Below are positions 1 through 11,604 of a stretch of DNA of 64,000 nucleotides, in pieces. The DNA lies in the NCBI GenBank assembly GCA_045531205.1, contig JAZSDN010000104.1, positions 18,100 through 82,099 of the forward strand. The letters run 5' to 3'. Source of the DNA: Clostridia bacterium (GTDB lineage Bacteria; Bacillota; Clostridia; UMGS1883; UMGS1540). Both the position numbers and the translations under genes were made by a program. Position 1 is the stretch's first letter. Each line of letters begins with the position of its first letter. The notes beneath the pieces are model-generated. The model was given only the letters and a program-made list of their open reading frames with translations, had not been told where the DNA came from and made no database searches.

Positions 1-950
1 GTCTTGACAAGGGAAGAGGACCTATCGCAACAGTGCTTGTACAAAAAGGTACACTTCATACAGGCGATATCATTGTTGCGGGCACAGCCGTAGGCAGAGT
101 AAGAACAATGATTAACGATAAGGGTGCAAGAGTAAAAGAAGCAGGACCTTCAGTTCCTGTTGAAATTGCAGGTATCAGCGAAGTACCCGAAGGCGGCGAC
201 CTTTTCTATGCCGTTGAAGACGAAAAAATGGCAAGAAACGTTGTTGAACAAAGAAAAGCAAAAATCAAAGCCGAAAGTGCAAGCAGTATGCAAAGTCTTA
301 CACTTGATGCCCTCTTTGACAGAATTCAGGAAGGCGAAGTTAAAGACCTTAATATCATAGTAAAAGCGGACGTTCAGGGTTCGGTTGAAGCTGTAAAACA
401 GTCACTTGAAAAGCTTTCTAATGACGAAGTAAAGGTAAGAGTAATCCACGGAGCAGTTGGTGCTATTACAGAGTCAGACGTTGTACTTGCTACAGCATCA
501 AATGCAATCATAGTAGGCTTTAACGTAAGACCTGTTGCAGGTGCATCCGCATCAGCAGAAATGCATGGTGTTGACTTAAGACTCTACAGAATTATCTACG
601 ATGCAATAGAAGAAATCGAAGCAGCTATGAAGGGTATGCTTGCACCTCAGTATAAAGAAAAAATAATTGGTCATGCTGAAGTTAGAGAAACATTTAAGGT
701 ATCAGGCGTCGGAACTATAGCAGGCTGCCGTGTTCAGGACGGTAAAATTATGCGTAATTCTGATGTAAGAATAGTTCGTGACGGTATAGTTGTTCACGAA
801 GGACCTTTAAGCTCTCTTCGTCGTTTTAAAGATGACGTTCGTGAGGTGGCAGAAGGCTTTGAGTGCGGTGTAGCATTCGAAAACTTTAACGATATCAAAA
901 TCGGCGATACCATTGAATGTTCAATAATGGAAGAAATCAAAAGGGATTAA
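1..950 (+). CDS. infB: Translation initiation factor IF-2, C-terminal part; the 5' end lies before the window start
   Basis: The translated ORF ([21 protein letters not shown]...[20 protein letters not shown]) matches IF-2 C-terminal domains. Gene order with the following rbfA, truB, ribF, rpsO and pnp genes is the classical one. Confidence 0.9.
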   Translation, partial: LDKGRGPIATVLVQKGTLHTGDIIVAGTAVGRVRTMINDKGARVKEAGPSVPVEIAGISEVPEGGDLFYAVEDEKMARNVVEQRKAKIKAESASSMQSLTLDALFDRIQEGEVKDLNIIVKADVQGSVEAVKQSLEKLSNDEVKVRVIHGAVGAITESDVVLATASNAIIVGFNVRPVAGASASAEMHGVDLRLYRIIYDAIEEIEAAMKGMLAPQYKEKIIGHAEVRETFKVSGVGTIAGCRVQDGKIMRNSDVRIVRDGIVVHEGPLSSLRRFKDDVREVAEGFECGVAFENFNDIKIGDTIECSIMEEIKRD

Positions 951-973
951 CTTTTAAAAGGCGGTGATTATTT

Positions 974-1342
974 ATGGCAGCATACAGAATGGACAGAATT
1001 GAAGAAGAAGTAAAAAAAGCATTAAGTGCCGTAATCCGCGAGCTTAAAGACCCCAGAATTTGCGAGCTTGTAAGCGTAATAGCGGTAGAAATCACAAAAG
1101 ATTTAAGATTTGCAAAAGCCCATATAAGTGTTTTCGGAAACGAAGAACAACAAAAAAATACAATAGAAGGCTTAAAGGCTGCAGCAGGATTTATAAGACG
1201 AGAAATAGGACACAGAGTAAACCTTCGTGCAAATCCTGAATTCACCTTTAAACTTGATAATTCCATTGAATACGGAGCCCATATAAATAAACTGATAGGT
1301 GAAGTAATAAATGAAAACAAAAATTCTGAATCTGATAAATAA
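974..1342 (+). CDS. rbfA: Ribosome-binding factor A
   Basis: 122-aa protein immediately after infB in the conserved position. The length and sequence are typical of RbfA. Confidence 0.85.
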   Translation: MAAYRMDRIEEEVKKALSAVIRELKDPRICELVSVIAVEITKDLRFAKAHISVFGNEEQQKNTIEGLKAAAGFIRREIGHRVNLRANPEFTFKLDNSIEYGAHINKLIGEVINENKNSESDK

Positions 1343-2243
1343 ATCAGAAACAATAGCCATTCTTCCCCATATAAGTATTGACGGAGATACTTTAGGTTCT
1401 TCCTTTGCCCTTTGCGAATATATTAAATCACTTGGCAAAAAAGTAAAAATATATGTAGAAGAACCTCTTCCGAAAAATCTTTCGTTTTTAAATGCAGACA
1501 CCACATATTCCTTTGAAGGAGAAGGCGAAAGCCTTGCCATAGCGGTTGACTGCGGCGATACGGGAAGAATTGGCAAACGTATAGCAGTTTTTGAAAATGC
1601 AGAAAATACAATCTGTATTGACCACCACAAAACCAATAAAGGCTACGCACAGTTAAATCTTGTACGCGACTGTGCCGCAACAGGCGAAATTATTTTTGAC
1701 CTTTTAGGTAAAGAAAATATAACAAAATATATGGCAGACTGTCTTTTAACAGCAATAGTAACCGATACAGGTGCTTTCCGCTATTCAAACACAACCGAGC
1801 AAACCCATATTATAGCGGCAGAGCTTTTAAAGCTCGGAGCCGACAGCGAAAAGGTTTGCGAAGAGTGTTACGAAAACAGAAGACTTTCTGCCGTGCAGCT
1901 TGAAGCGTGGTGCGTATCCAATATGAAGCTTTGCCACGGCGGAAAAACGGCTATAGTAAAGGTAACACAAAAAACACTTGATTTATTCGGTGCAGAGGAT
2001 GAAGACTGTGCAGAGCTTTCAAGCCTTCTTCGCACAATAGAAGGCATAGAGGTTGCCGCCGTTTTAAGAGAAAGAAAAGACAAAATAAAGGTTTCACTTC
2101 GAAGCCGCAGTGTCGATTCTGCAAAAGTGTGTTCCGAGATAGGCGGCGGAGGTCATTCCAAAGCTGCAGGTGCAACAATGCAAGGCGATATTGATAAGTG
2201 TGCACAAATTCTTGAGGAGCTGATAGGCAGACAATGGAACTAA
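1311..2243 (+). CDS. nrnA: DHH/DHHA1 phosphoesterase (NrnA-like bifunctional oligoribonuclease/pAp phosphatase)
   Basis: DHH motif region (ILPHISIDGDTLGSS, DHHKTN) and a C-terminal GGGH motif (EIGGGGHSKAAGA). It sits between rbfA and truB, the usual position in Firmicutes. Confidence 0.75.
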   Translation: MKTKILNLINKSETIAILPHISIDGDTLGSSFALCEYIKSLGKKVKIYVEEPLPKNLSFLNADTTYSFEGEGESLAIAVDCGDTGRIGKRIAVFENAENTICIDHHKTNKGYAQLNLVRDCAATGEIIFDLLGKENITKYMADCLLTAIVTDTGAFRYSNTTEQTHIIAAELLKLGADSEKVCEECYENRRLSAVQLEAWCVSNMKLCHGGKTAIVKVTQKTLDLFGAEDEDCAELSSLLRTIEGIEVAAVLRERKDKIKVSLRSRSVDSAKVCSEIGGGGHSKAAGATMQGDIDKCAQILEELIGRQWN

Positions 2244-3088
2244 ACGGAGTAGTAAATATATGGAAGCCCAAAGGCTTAACAAGTCATGATGTTGTGTCAA
2301 GAGTCCGTCGCATTGCAGGAATGAAAAGAGTAGGACATACAGGAACTTTAGACCCAATGGCAGAAGGCGTTTTGCCCGTATGCCTCGGTAAAGCTACAAA
2401 AGCGGCATATTATATAACCTCATCAAAAAAGCAGTATTTAGCCGAAATGACTTTAGGTATTAAAACCGACACCGAGGATATAACAGGAAATATTTTAGAA
2501 CAAAAAGAGGTTTGTGTTTCAACAGAAGAATTAAAAAATGCAACAAAAGAATTTTTGGGAGAAATAAACCAAATACCCCCAATGTATTCGGCAGTTCATT
2601 TTGAAGGAAAACGCCTTTACGAAATTGCAAGAAAAGGAATAACCGTCGAACGCAAACCCAGAAAAATTACTGTGTACAATATCGAGGTACAAAGTTTTGA
2701 AAATAATACGGCAAAACTTTTAATTGATTGCTCAAAAGGCACATATATACGCACCCTTTGTGCAGATATAGGCGACTTTTTGGGCTCTGGTGCAACCATG
2801 AGCGCCCTTGTGCGTACAAAATCAGGCATATTTGCAAAAGAAAATGCCGTAACGCTTGAAGAATTTGAAGAAAACCCTGCTGAAAAAATAATACCTATAG
2901 ACGAATTTTTTTGTGAATTTGAAAAGATATATCTAACAGAAAAAGAAGAGTTTAAAGTAAGAAACGGAGTTCCCTTAAAAAAAGCATTAAAGCAAGGAAC
3001 ATACAGGGTTTATGCAGAAAACGGAGAGTTTTTATGCCTCTCTTGCAGTGATAGCGAAACTTTAAAAATGAAGGTAAGTTTTTATTGA
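2234..3088 (+). CDS. truB: tRNA pseudouridine(55) synthase TruB
   Basis: VGHTGTLDP catalytic Asp motif and a PUA-like C-terminal region. Conserved synteny. Confidence 0.9.
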   Translation: MELNGVVNIWKPKGLTSHDVVSRVRRIAGMKRVGHTGTLDPMAEGVLPVCLGKATKAAYYITSSKKQYLAEMTLGIKTDTEDITGNILEQKEVCVSTEELKNATKEFLGEINQIPPMYSAVHFEGKRLYEIARKGITVERKPRKITVYNIEVQSFENNTAKLLIDCSKGTYIRTLCADIGDFLGSGATMSALVRTKSGIFAKENAVTLEEFEENPAEKIIPIDEFFCEFEKIYLTEKEEFKVRNGVPLKKALKQGTYRVYAENGEFLCLSCSDSETLKMKVSFY

Positions 3089-3960
3089 TGAAAAAATCAA
3101 TTATACTAGGCAATTTTGACGGAGTACATATTGCCCACAAAAAGCTTATAGAATCAGCTTGTCAAAAAGGAAATTCAACAGCATTTATTTTTGATAAACA
3201 CCCCTCAACGCTTTTAGGCAAAAGCGTTCCTGTTATAATGCCTAACAGCATAAAAAAAGAGATTATTGAAGATTTAGGGTGCCAGGTGCATTTTGAGCCT
3301 TTGACAAGCGAGATTTTAGCAACAGAGCCCGAAAGCTTTGTAAGAGATATTCTGTGCAAAAATTTTGCACCCGATTTTGTTTTTGCGGGTTATAACTATA
3401 CCTTTGGTAAAAACGGAGCGGGCGGGGCAGACGATTTAAAAGCTTATGGCAAAAAGTACGGATTTTCTGTTGAAATTATTGATGAAATTAAATTTATGGG
3501 GAAAACTGTTTCAAGTACCCTTGTACGGGAGCTTTTGCAAAACGGGGATATAGAGAGTGCAAATAAAATTCTTTCAAAGCCCTATCGCATAAGAGCAAAG
3601 GTAACTAAAGGGAAAAAGCTTGGCAGAACTCTGGGTTTTCCTACAATAAATACAGAGTTTGAAGAAAACCTTGTAATCCCTGCCTTTGGCGTATATGTAA
3701 GCAATACCATAATAGAAGGAAAAGCCTACAAAAGTATTACTAATATAGGAACAAATCCTACAGTTGAAAATGCTGTACCTAGAGCCGAAAGCTATATATT
3801 TGATTTTTCGGAAGATTTATATGGAAAAACGGTTGATGTAATACTTTTAAAGAAGTTAAGAGACGAAAAAAAGTTTTCGGGCAAAGAAGAGCTTATGGTG
3901 GCAGTAAAAGAAGATATAAATACCGCAAAAAAGTTTTTAAATAAAATGTTTGACAAATAA
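3085..3960 (+). CDS. ribF: Bifunctional riboflavin kinase / FMN adenylyltransferase
   Basis: An N-terminal FAD synthetase nucleotidyltransferase region (GNFDGVHIAH) and a C-terminal riboflavin kinase region. The ATG overlaps the truB stop. Confidence 0.9.
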   Translation: MMKKSIILGNFDGVHIAHKKLIESACQKGNSTAFIFDKHPSTLLGKSVPVIMPNSIKKEIIEDLGCQVHFEPLTSEILATEPESFVRDILCKNFAPDFVFAGYNYTFGKNGAGGADDLKAYGKKYGFSVEIIDEIKFMGKTVSSTLVRELLQNGDIESANKILSKPYRIRAKVTKGKKLGRTLGFPTINTEFEENLVIPAFGVYVSNTIIEGKAYKSITNIGTNPTVENAVPRAESYIFDFSEDLYGKTVDVILLKKLRDEKKFSGKEELMVAVKEDINTAKKFLNKMFDK

Positions 3961-4058
3961 AACAAATTGTGGTAAACTATTAAGGCTATATATCCTGACG
4001 CAAAGTTTCTGGAATCACCAACCCCTTACTTTGCAAAAGGAGATAAATATTTTAAGAG

Positions 4059-4331
4059 GTGAAAAAAATGTTAAAAGAAAGAAAACAGAAACTCATTAAT
4101 GAGTTTGCAACACACGAAGGAGATACAGGTTCTCCTGAAGTACAGGTAGCATTACTTACAGAAAGAATCAACCACTTAAACGAACATCTTAAGTTCCATA
4201 AGAAGGATCATCATTCAAGAAGAGGACTTCTTATGATGGTTGGTCAGAGAAGAGGTTTGCTTGACTATTTGGCAAAGAAGGATATCAATAGATATCGTGA
4301 ACTTATTGCTAAATTAAACCTCAGAAAGTAA
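4059..4331 (+). CDS. rpsO: 30S ribosomal protein S15
   Basis: 90-aa basic protein with the typical S15 sequence, a good RBS and a position upstream of pnp. Confidence 0.95.
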   Translation: MKKMLKERKQKLINEFATHEGDTGSPEVQVALLTERINHLNEHLKFHKKDHHSRRGLLMMVGQRRGLLDYLAKKDINRYRELIAKLNLRK

Positions 4332-4344
4332 TTAACAAAAAGAC

Positions 4345-4371
4345 AAGGGACAGACAGGCTCTGTCCCTTGA
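4345..4371 (+). terminator. Stable hairpin (caagggacaga-loop-tctgtcccttg) between rpsO and pnp; probably an attenuating or RNase III-processed terminator
   Basis: An 11-bp perfect inverted repeat read directly from the sequence. It lacks a clean U-tract, consistent with the partial terminator seen in rpsO-pnp intergenic regions. Confidence 0.5.
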
Positions 4372-4487
4372 AGTGTTATTAAGGACTGTCAGATTTTAGC
4401 GTTTAAATCAATATTTTTGCCATAAAAAGTACTGATTTAAGTGCTAAAAATACTGGCGGTCAAAAAGTAAGAAAGGAAAAAATAAAC

Positions 4488-6578
4488 ATGGAAAGAACTT
4501 TTAGAACAGAACTTGCAGGCAGACCGCTTGTAATCGAAACAGGCAAGCTTGCACAGCTTGCAAACGGCTCGGCTCTTGTAAGATACGGCGAAACAGTTGT
4601 ACTTGCAACAGCAACAATGTCGGCAAAACCCAGAGAAGGGGTTGACTTTTTCCCTCTCTCGGTAGACTACGAAGAAAAGCTTTATTCAGTAGGTAAAATT
4701 CCGGGAAGCTTTTTGAAAAGAGAAGGCAAGCCTTCAGAAAAGGCAATCCTTACTTCAAGAGTAATCGACAGACCTATCCGTCCCTTATTCCCCGCAGACT
4801 TGCGTAACGATGTAACAGTTATCACAACAGTTATGTCAGTTGATCAGGACAACTCCCCCGAAATTGCAGCTATGATAGGTGCATCAGCCGCTATTTCAAT
4901 TTCGGACATCCCCTTTAACGGACCTATTGCAGGCGTTCAGGTTGGTCTTTGTGATGGACAGATAATCATAAACCCTGACGAAGCACAGCGTGCAGCAAGC
5001 GATTTAACTTTAACCGTTGCAGGTACAAAAAACAAGGTAAATATGATAGAAGCAGGCGCAAAAGAAGTTGACGAAGAAACTATGATGCAGGCAATACTTA
5101 TGGCTCATAAAGAAATCGTTAAGGTTTGCGAATTTATCGAAGGTATGGCTGCAGAAATCGGTAAAGAAAAGGCTTCATATCAGGAAGTAGTTGTAGAGGA
5201 AGGACTTTTCAACGAAATTAAAGAGCTTGTTGGCGAAAAGGTAAAAACAGCACTTTATACTGACGATAAGACACAGCGTGACGAAAACTTAAAACCCGTT
5301 TACGAAGAAGTTTACGCACACTTTGAAGAAAACGAAGAAATAACACCCGAAATGATAGATGCAGCAATGTACAAGCTGCAGAAATATACTGTTCGCAGAT
5401 GGATTTTAGACGAAGGCAAGCGTGTTGATGGCAGAGGATTAAACGACATCCGTCCCCTTTCGGCAGATGTAGGACTTCTCCCCAGAGTACACGGCTCGGG
5501 CCTTTTCCAGAGAGGACAGACTCAGGTTTTAACAACAGTTACATTAGGTGCTATCGGTGACGTACAGCTTCTTGACGGCATTGATATGGAAGAAAACAAA
5601 AGATATATGCACCACTATAACTTCCCCTCATACAGCGTAGGCGAAACAAGACCTTCACGCGGACCCGGACGTCGTGAAATCGGTCACGGTGCATTGGCAG
5701 AAAGAGCACTTGTACCCGTAATTCCCGATGAATCAGAATTCCCCTACACAATAAGACTTGTATCCGAAGTTTTAAGCTCCAACGGTTCAACCTCACAGGG
5801 TAGCGTATGCGGAAGCACACTTGCACTTATGGATGCAGGTGTTCCCATTAAAGCCCCTGTTGCAGGTATCTCCTGCGGTCTTGTTACAGAAGGCGACAGA
5901 TTTATTACAATGACCGACATTCAGGGACTTGAAGACTTCTTTGGCGATATGGACTTTAAGGTAGCAGGTACAAAGAAAGGTATCACAGCTATTCAGGTTG
6001 ATATAAAGATAGACGGTTTAACACCCGAAATTATTGAAAGAGCTCTTTATCAGACCAAGGAAGCAAGAATGAAGATTTTAGACGATGTAATGCTTCCCTG
6101 CATAGAAAGCCCGAGAGAATCACTTTCTAAATACGCGCCCAAGATTATTACCACCACTATCGATACAGAAAAAATCCGTGACGTTATTGGTACAGGCGGT
6201 AAGGTAATTCAGAAGATAATTGCAGATACAGGTGTTAAGATTGACATCGAAGACGACGGAAGAGTATTTATCTCAACAGTTGATGAAGAAGCAGGACAGA
6301 AGGCTCTTAACATCATCCGCGGTATAGTAAGCGACGTTGAACCCGGTCAGGAATTTGAAGGCAAGGTTGTAAGAATTATGACCTTTGGTGCTTTTGTAGA
6401 ATTCTTACCAGGTAAAGACGGACTTGTTCATATTTCAAAGCTTGACAAAAAGCGTGTTGAAAAGGTAGAAGATGTTGTAAACATTGGCGACACAGTAAAG
6501 GTAAGAGTTCTTGAAATAGACAAGATGGGCAGAATAAACCTTATGAGAATTGTGCCCGAAGAAGCAGCAACAGAATAA
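4488..6578 (+). CDS. pnp: Polynucleotide phosphorylase
   Basis: 696 aa with two RNase PH domains followed by KH and S1 domains ([15 protein letters not shown]). Conserved synteny after rpsO. Confidence 0.95.
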   Translation: MERTFRTELAGRPLVIETGKLAQLANGSALVRYGETVVLATATMSAKPREGVDFFPLSVDYEEKLYSVGKIPGSFLKREGKPSEKAILTSRVIDRPIRPLFPADLRNDVTVITTVMSVDQDNSPEIAAMIGASAAISISDIPFNGPIAGVQVGLCDGQIIINPDEAQRAASDLTLTVAGTKNKVNMIEAGAKEVDEETMMQAILMAHKEIVKVCEFIEGMAAEIGKEKASYQEVVVEEGLFNEIKELVGEKVKTALYTDDKTQRDENLKPVYEEVYAHFEENEEITPEMIDAAMYKLQKYTVRRWILDEGKRVDGRGLNDIRPLSADVGLLPRVHGSGLFQRGQTQVLTTVTLGAIGDVQLLDGIDMEENKRYMHHYNFPSYSVGETRPSRGPGRREIGHGALAERALVPVIPDESEFPYTIRLVSEVLSSNGSTSQGSVCGSTLALMDAGVPIKAPVAGISCGLVTEGDRFITMTDIQGLEDFFGDMDFKVAGTKKGITAIQVDIKIDGLTPEIIERALYQTKEARMKILDDVMLPCIESPRESLSKYAPKIITTTIDTEKIRDVIGTGGKVIQKIIADTGVKIDIEDDGRVFISTVDEEAGQKALNIIRGIVSDVEPGQEFEGKVVRIMTFGAFVEFLPGKDGLVHISKLDKKRVEKVEDVVNIGDTVKVRVLEIDKMGRINLMRIVPEEAATE

Positions 6579-6593
6579 TAAAGAAAAGGTGTA

Positions 6594-6613
6594 GGCGGGT
6601 TTTTTAACCCGCC
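6594..6613 (+). terminator. Hairpin after pnp (ggcgggt-tttttaa-acccgcc)
   Basis: A 7-bp GC-rich stem read from the sequence. There is no strong downstream U-run, so terminator strength is uncertain. Confidence 0.35.
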
Positions 6614-6628
6614 CGCAATGTAATATTT

Positions 6629-7846
6629 ATGTATGTAAAAAACAAGCTTTCAAACGGTTTGCGTATTATATACGAAAAAATTCCTCATGTAAAATCCATA
6701 GTAATGGGCGTGTGGATAGGAGCAGGCTCAAGGGTTGAAACGGCAGAAAATAACGGAATAAGTCATTTTATTGAGCATATGCTTTTTAAAGGGACAAAAA
6801 ACCGAACCGCTGCCGACATAGCAGAGCAAATGGATTTTTCGGGCGGTATAATAAATGCTTTTACATCAAAGGAATGTACTTGTTTTTATACCAAGGTAAC
6901 CTACGATAAATTAAGACTTTCGGCAGACATTCTTTCGGATATGTATAAAAACTCTCTTTTGTCTGATAAAGACATAGACCTTGAGAGAAAGGTTATACTT
7001 GAAGAAATAAATATGTACGAAGATTCCCCCGAGGATTTGGTGCTTGATACTGCAGCAGAAATTTCGTGGCAAGGCTCTTTGGGATTTAATATTATAGGCA
7101 CACGCAAAAACGTGCAGAGGTTTAAATCAAAGGATTTAAAAGACTATATGTCAAAATACTACAGTGCCGAAAACACAGTCATATCGGTAGCGGGTAACTT
7201 TGACGAGAAAGAGCTTACAGAGGTTTTAGAGGAATTTTTTGGAGATATAGCAAACCGCAATACAAAAACTGAATTTGAAAAGGCAATTTTTGTACCTTCA
7301 AACACTGTAAAAATCAAAAACATAGAACAGTCGCATCTTGCACTTGCATATAAATCACTTTCCCAAAACGATAATGATATATATGCCCTATCGCTACTGA
7401 ATAATGTATTCGGCGGAGGAATGAGCTCAAGACTTTTTCAAAACATCCGCGAAAAACGCGGACTTGCATATTCTGTATACTCTTTTCAGGAGGCGTTGAA
7501 GGACGCAGGTATGTTTGTTATATATGCTGCAACCTCGCCCGAGAATACAGATAAGGTAAAAGAACTTATTTTGGAAGAAATTACGGCTTTGAAAGAAAAA
7601 GAAATTGGCGACTATGAATTTGAAAAAGGAAGAGGTCAGCTTTTAGGAACATATCTTTTAGGACTTGAAAGTGTAAGCTCTGCAATGACGGCAATGGGCA
7701 AAAACGAGCTTTTGTACGGCAGGGTAAAAACCCCTGAAGAAATAACTGAAAGTATAAAAAATATAACAAAAAAAGATATAAAGCGAGTAATAGAAAGGGT
7801 ATTTACACAGTTTAGTGAAGCCCTGGTTACGGTAAAGGAGAAATAG
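6629..7846 (+). CDS. M16 family (insulinase-like) zinc peptidase
   Basis: HxxEH inverted zinc-binding motif ([11 protein letters not shown]). Length 405 aa. A pnp-adjacent M16 peptidase is common in Clostridia. Confidence 0.8.
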   Translation: MYVKNKLSNGLRIIYEKIPHVKSIVMGVWIGAGSRVETAENNGISHFIEHMLFKGTKNRTAADIAEQMDFSGGIINAFTSKECTCFYTKVTYDKLRLSADILSDMYKNSLLSDKDIDLERKVILEEINMYEDSPEDLVLDTAAEISWQGSLGFNIIGTRKNVQRFKSKDLKDYMSKYYSAENTVISVAGNFDEKELTEVLEEFFGDIANRNTKTEFEKAIFVPSNTVKIKNIEQSHLALAYKSLSQNDNDIYALSLLNNVFGGGMSSRLFQNIREKRGLAYSVYSFQEALKDAGMFVIYAATSPENTDKVKELILEEITALKEKEIGDYEFEKGRGQLLGTYLLGLESVSSAMTAMGKNELLYGRVKTPEEITESIKNITKKDIKRVIERVFTQFSEALVTVKEK

Positions 7847-7848
7847 TT

Positions 7849-9240
7849 ATGAAAAACAGCGAAAAAACAATGGAAAAAATAGTTTCTCTTTGTAAAGGAA
7901 GAGGTTATGTGTATGCGGGAAGCGAAATTTACGGCGGCCTTGCAAACACATGGGATTACGGTCCTTTAGGTGTTGAGTTCAAAAACAACGTAAAGCGTGC
8001 ATGGTGGAAAAAATTTGTGCAGGAATCTCCCTACAACGTAGGTTTGGATGCTGCAATTTTAATGAACCCCGAAACATGGGTAGCATCAGGTCACGTTGGC
8101 GGATTCAGCGACCCTTTGATGGACTGTAAGGAATGTAAGGCAAGATACCGTGCTGACAAGCTTATTGAAGACTTTTTAGCAGAAGCAGGAACTCCCGAAA
8201 CCGTTGACGGCTGGAGCGACTCCAAAATGCTTGAATTCATAAACGAGAAGGGTATAGTATGTCCGAAATGCGGCAAAGCTAATTTTACAGATATACGTAA
8301 ATTCAACCTTATGTTCAAAACCTTCCAGGGCGTAACAGAAGATTCTTCATCAGAACTTTTCCTTCGCCCCGAAACTGCACAGGGTATCTTTGTAAACTTT
8401 AAAAACGTTCAGCGTACAACAAGAAAGAAAGTTCCCTTCGGTATAGGACAGATAGGTAAATCCTTCCGTAACGAAATTACACCCGGTAACTTTACCTTCC
8501 GTACAAGAGAATTCGAACAGATGGAACTTGAATTCTTCTGCAAACCCGGCACTGACCTTGAATGGTTTGCATACTGGAAGGATTACTGCAAAAACTTCCT
8601 TTTAAACCTTGGTATAAAAGAAGAAAATATGAGACTTCGTGACCATTCACCCGAAGAGCTTTCACACTATTCAAATGCTACAACAGATATTGAATTTTTA
8701 TTCCCCTTCGGCTGGGGCGAGCTTTGGGGTATTGCTGACAGAACAGACTTTGACTTAAAACAGCACACAGAACATTCGGGCGAAAAGCTTGAATATCTTG
8801 ACCCCGAAACAAACGAAAAATACACTCCCTACTGTGTTGAGCCTTCCCTCGGTGCTGACCGTGTGGCTCTTGCTTTCCTTTGCGAAGCTTATGATGAAGA
8901 AGAAATCTCGGAAGGCGACACAAGAGTTGTTATGAGATTGCATCCTGCACTTGCACCTATTAAGGTTGCAGTGTTACCTTTATCCAAAAAGCTTGGAGAT
9001 AAGGCACAGGAACTTTATGCACACCTTGCTAAAAAATATATGTGTGAATATGACGAATCAGGCAGCATAGGCAAACGTTACAGAAGACAGGACGAAATTG
9101 GTACACCCGTTTGTATTACCTATGACTTTGACAGCGTAGAAGACGGATGTGTAACAGTTCGTGACCGTGACAGTATGCAGCAGACAAGAATTAAAATAGA
9201 CGAGCTCGATAAGTATCTTGAAGGAGTATTTGAATTTTAA
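7849..9240 (+). CDS. glyQS: Glycine--tRNA ligase (dimeric class II form)
   Basis: 463 aa with class II aaRS motifs and a C-terminal anticodon-binding domain. The N-terminal sequence matches GlyRS. Confidence 0.85.
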   Translation: MKNSEKTMEKIVSLCKGRGYVYAGSEIYGGLANTWDYGPLGVEFKNNVKRAWWKKFVQESPYNVGLDAAILMNPETWVASGHVGGFSDPLMDCKECKARYRADKLIEDFLAEAGTPETVDGWSDSKMLEFINEKGIVCPKCGKANFTDIRKFNLMFKTFQGVTEDSSSELFLRPETAQGIFVNFKNVQRTTRKKVPFGIGQIGKSFRNEITPGNFTFRTREFEQMELEFFCKPGTDLEWFAYWKDYCKNFLLNLGIKEENMRLRDHSPEELSHYSNATTDIEFLFPFGWGELWGIADRTDFDLKQHTEHSGEKLEYLDPETNEKYTPYCVEPSLGADRVALAFLCEAYDEEEISEGDTRVVMRLHPALAPIKVAVLPLSKKLGDKAQELYAHLAKKYMCEYDESGSIGKRYRRQDEIGTPVCITYDFDSVEDGCVTVRDRDSMQQTRIKIDELDKYLEGVFEF

Positions 9241-9255
9241 GAAAGGACATTTTAA

Positions 9256-10938
9256 ATGGATTACTTAAAAGAATACGAAAAATGGCTCGCATACGATGGG
9301 CTTGATACTGACTTAAGAGAAGAACTTAAGACCATAAGCAACCCCGAACAAATAAGAGAACTTTTTTCAAAAGAACTTGAATTTGGTACGGCAGGTCTTA
9401 GAGGAATAATGGGCGCAGGCACAAACAGAATGAATGTACACGTTGTGCGTAAAACAACACAGGGTCTTGCTTCTTATATTATAGAAGAAGGAAAAGAAGA
9501 AAAAGGTGTTGTAATAGCTTACGATTCAAGAAACAATTCGTATGAATTTGCAAGAGAATCTGCAAGAGTACTTTCAGCAAACAATGTAAAGGTATATCTT
9601 TTTGAATCTCTGCGTCCCACACCAATGCTCAGCTTTGCAGTAAGACATCTTGGTTGTGCTGCGGGAATAGTAATAACAGCAAGCCATAACCCAAAAGAAT
9701 ATAACGGCTACAAGGTTTACGGCGAAGACGGCGGTCAGGCTGCAAACGAGCTTGCAAACGCTATTCAGAAAAAAATTGAGCAGACAGATATTTTTGCCGA
9801 CGTAAAATATAACACCGACGACAGCGGTATTATAATGATAGGCAAAGAGGTTGACGAAGAGTATTACAAAAAGGCGGAAGATGTAATAATTGACCGCGAT
9901 GTTATAAACAAAGCATCAGACTTAAAGTTTGTATACACACCTTTCCATGGCTCAGGAAATGTTCCCGTACGCGAAATTTTAAAAAGAACAGGCTTTACAA
10001 ATGTTTCTGTTGTAAAAGAGCAGGAATTGCCCGACGGTGACTTTCCCACAGTTGCAAGCCCCAACCCCGAAAATATTGAAGGCTTTGCCCTTGCAATAGA
10101 GCTTGCAAAAAAAGAGAAAGCCGACCTTATTATAGGTACCGATCCTGATGCAGACAGAGTAGGTCTTGTTGCAAAAACTTCGGACGGCACATTTAAAGTA
10201 ATAACAGGTAATCAGCTTGGTGCACTGCTTACACAGTACATTCTTGACAGAAAGAAAGAAACAAACACCTTGCCCCAAAACCCTGTTATTATAACTACTA
10301 TAGTTTCATCACGTCTTGCAGAAAAAATTGCAAAAAGCTATAATGCAGAGGTTTGCGATGTTTTAACAGGCTTTAAATATATAGCCGACAAAATTCACGA
10401 ATACGAGCAGACAAAAGAAAAAACCTATCTTCTCGGCTTTGAAGAAAGCTACGGATATTTGCCTGTTACCCACGTACGTGACAAGGATGCGGTTGTTGCA
10501 TCTTTGCTTATAGCAGAAATGGCGGCTTACTACAGCCTTAAAAATATGACCTTGCACGATGCACTTGCCGAAATTTTTGAAAAATATGGCACATACCGCG
10601 AGCTTACCGTCAACATTCAGTCAGAAGGCGTTGACGGAATAGAAAAAATCGCAAATGCAATGAAGTCTTTAAGAGAAAATCTTCCACAAAGCTTTATGGG
10701 AGTAAAGGTTAAAACATACAGCGATTATCTTGAAGGAAAAACAGTTGATATAAAAACCGGCGAAGAAACAAAAACAGGGCTACCTTCTTCAAATGTTTTA
10801 AGGTTTATTCTTGAAGATGAAACCTTTATAGCATTCCGTCCTTCGGGCACAGAACCTAAATTTAAAATTTATGTAGGTGTAGTTGATAAAAACCCCGAAG
10901 ATTTTGCAAATGCCGCAAAAGAACTTATAAATATATGA
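9256..10938 (+). CDS. pgcA: Phosphoglucomutase/phosphomannomutase family protein
   Basis: Active-site serine loop TASHNP (GIVITASHNPKEYNGYK). The 560-aa size is typical of PgcA-type alpha-phosphoglucomutases. Confidence 0.8.
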   Translation: MDYLKEYEKWLAYDGLDTDLREELKTISNPEQIRELFSKELEFGTAGLRGIMGAGTNRMNVHVVRKTTQGLASYIIEEGKEEKGVVIAYDSRNNSYEFARESARVLSANNVKVYLFESLRPTPMLSFAVRHLGCAAGIVITASHNPKEYNGYKVYGEDGGQAANELANAIQKKIEQTDIFADVKYNTDDSGIIMIGKEVDEEYYKKAEDVIIDRDVINKASDLKFVYTPFHGSGNVPVREILKRTGFTNVSVVKEQELPDGDFPTVASPNPENIEGFALAIELAKKEKADLIIGTDPDADRVGLVAKTSDGTFKVITGNQLGALLTQYILDRKKETNTLPQNPVIITTIVSSRLAEKIAKSYNAEVCDVLTGFKYIADKIHEYEQTKEKTYLLGFEESYGYLPVTHVRDKDAVVASLLIAEMAAYYSLKNMTLHDALAEIFEKYGTYRELTVNIQSEGVDGIEKIANAMKSLRENLPQSFMGVKVKTYSDYLEGKTVDIKTGEETKTGLPSSNVLRFILEDETFIAFRPSGTEPKFKIYVGVVDKNPEDFANAAKELINI

Positions 10939-10992
10939 TTAAATCCTCCAAAAAAGGGCAGACTAATAAAAACCTTTTTTGGAGGATTTTTT

Positions 10993-11604
10993 ATGAAAAA
11001 ACATAAAATTTTAAACGGCTTGCTTTTTTACGGAACTGTTTTTGCAGTAACTGTAGGTGTTGCCTCGGCAGGATATTATATTTCATACCAGAAAGAGGCG
11101 GTGCAAAACGAAACCAAAAAAAGCTCTGCACAAAAAGTAAAAATAAGCTTTCCAACACCCCAAAAGCCAGAAGAAAAACCAAAAAATCAGGTTGCAGAAA
11201 ATACTTTTTCTGCAAAAGAAACCGAAGTGGCAAAGGCGGAAGAAAGCTATAAAATGCCCACTCTCGGGAGTATTGTAGTTCCGTATAACGACACAACGCT
11301 TGAATATTCCGAAGCTTTTGGTGACTGGAGAACTCATCCGTCAATAGATTTTGATACTTCGCTTGACAGCTCTGTATGGGCATCTGCTGACGGGAAAATC
11401 AAAAAGATTTATACTCATCCCATTTACGGAAAAACTGTTGTTATCGAACACGGTGATAATATTATCACAACCTACGCACCCATAGAACCGAAAAACATTT
11501 CGGAAGGAAAGTCAGTGAAAGCTGGCGAAACAATAGGAATCTGCAACACTAATACTTTGCATTTTGAGGCTTTTTTAGAAAATAAACCTTTTAATCCTTT
11601 TTAA
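10993..11604 (+). CDS. M23 family metallopeptidase (secreted or membrane-anchored)
   Basis: N-terminal hydrophobic segment and a C-terminal M23 signature (HPSIDFD...GKTVVIEHGDNIITTYAP...H). The RBS GGAGGA lies 7 nt upstream of the start. Confidence 0.75.
   Translation: MKKHKILNGLLFYGTVFAVTVGVASAGYYISYQKEAVQNETKKSSAQKVKISFPTPQKPEEKPKNQVAENTFSAKETEVAKAEESYKMPTLGSIVVPYNDTTLEYSEAFGDWRTHPSIDFDTSLDSSVWASADGKIKKIYTHPIYGKTVVIEHGDNIITTYAPIEPKNISEGKSVKAGETIGICNTNTLHFEAFLENKPFNPF

Noticed and set aside
4501-5826. Numerous 60-150-aa ORFs on the strand opposite well-supported genes (for example inside pnp, dnaK, secA, glyQS and the SLH genes)
   Set aside because: They are shadow ORFs fully embedded in highly conserved coding regions. 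None has independent signals.
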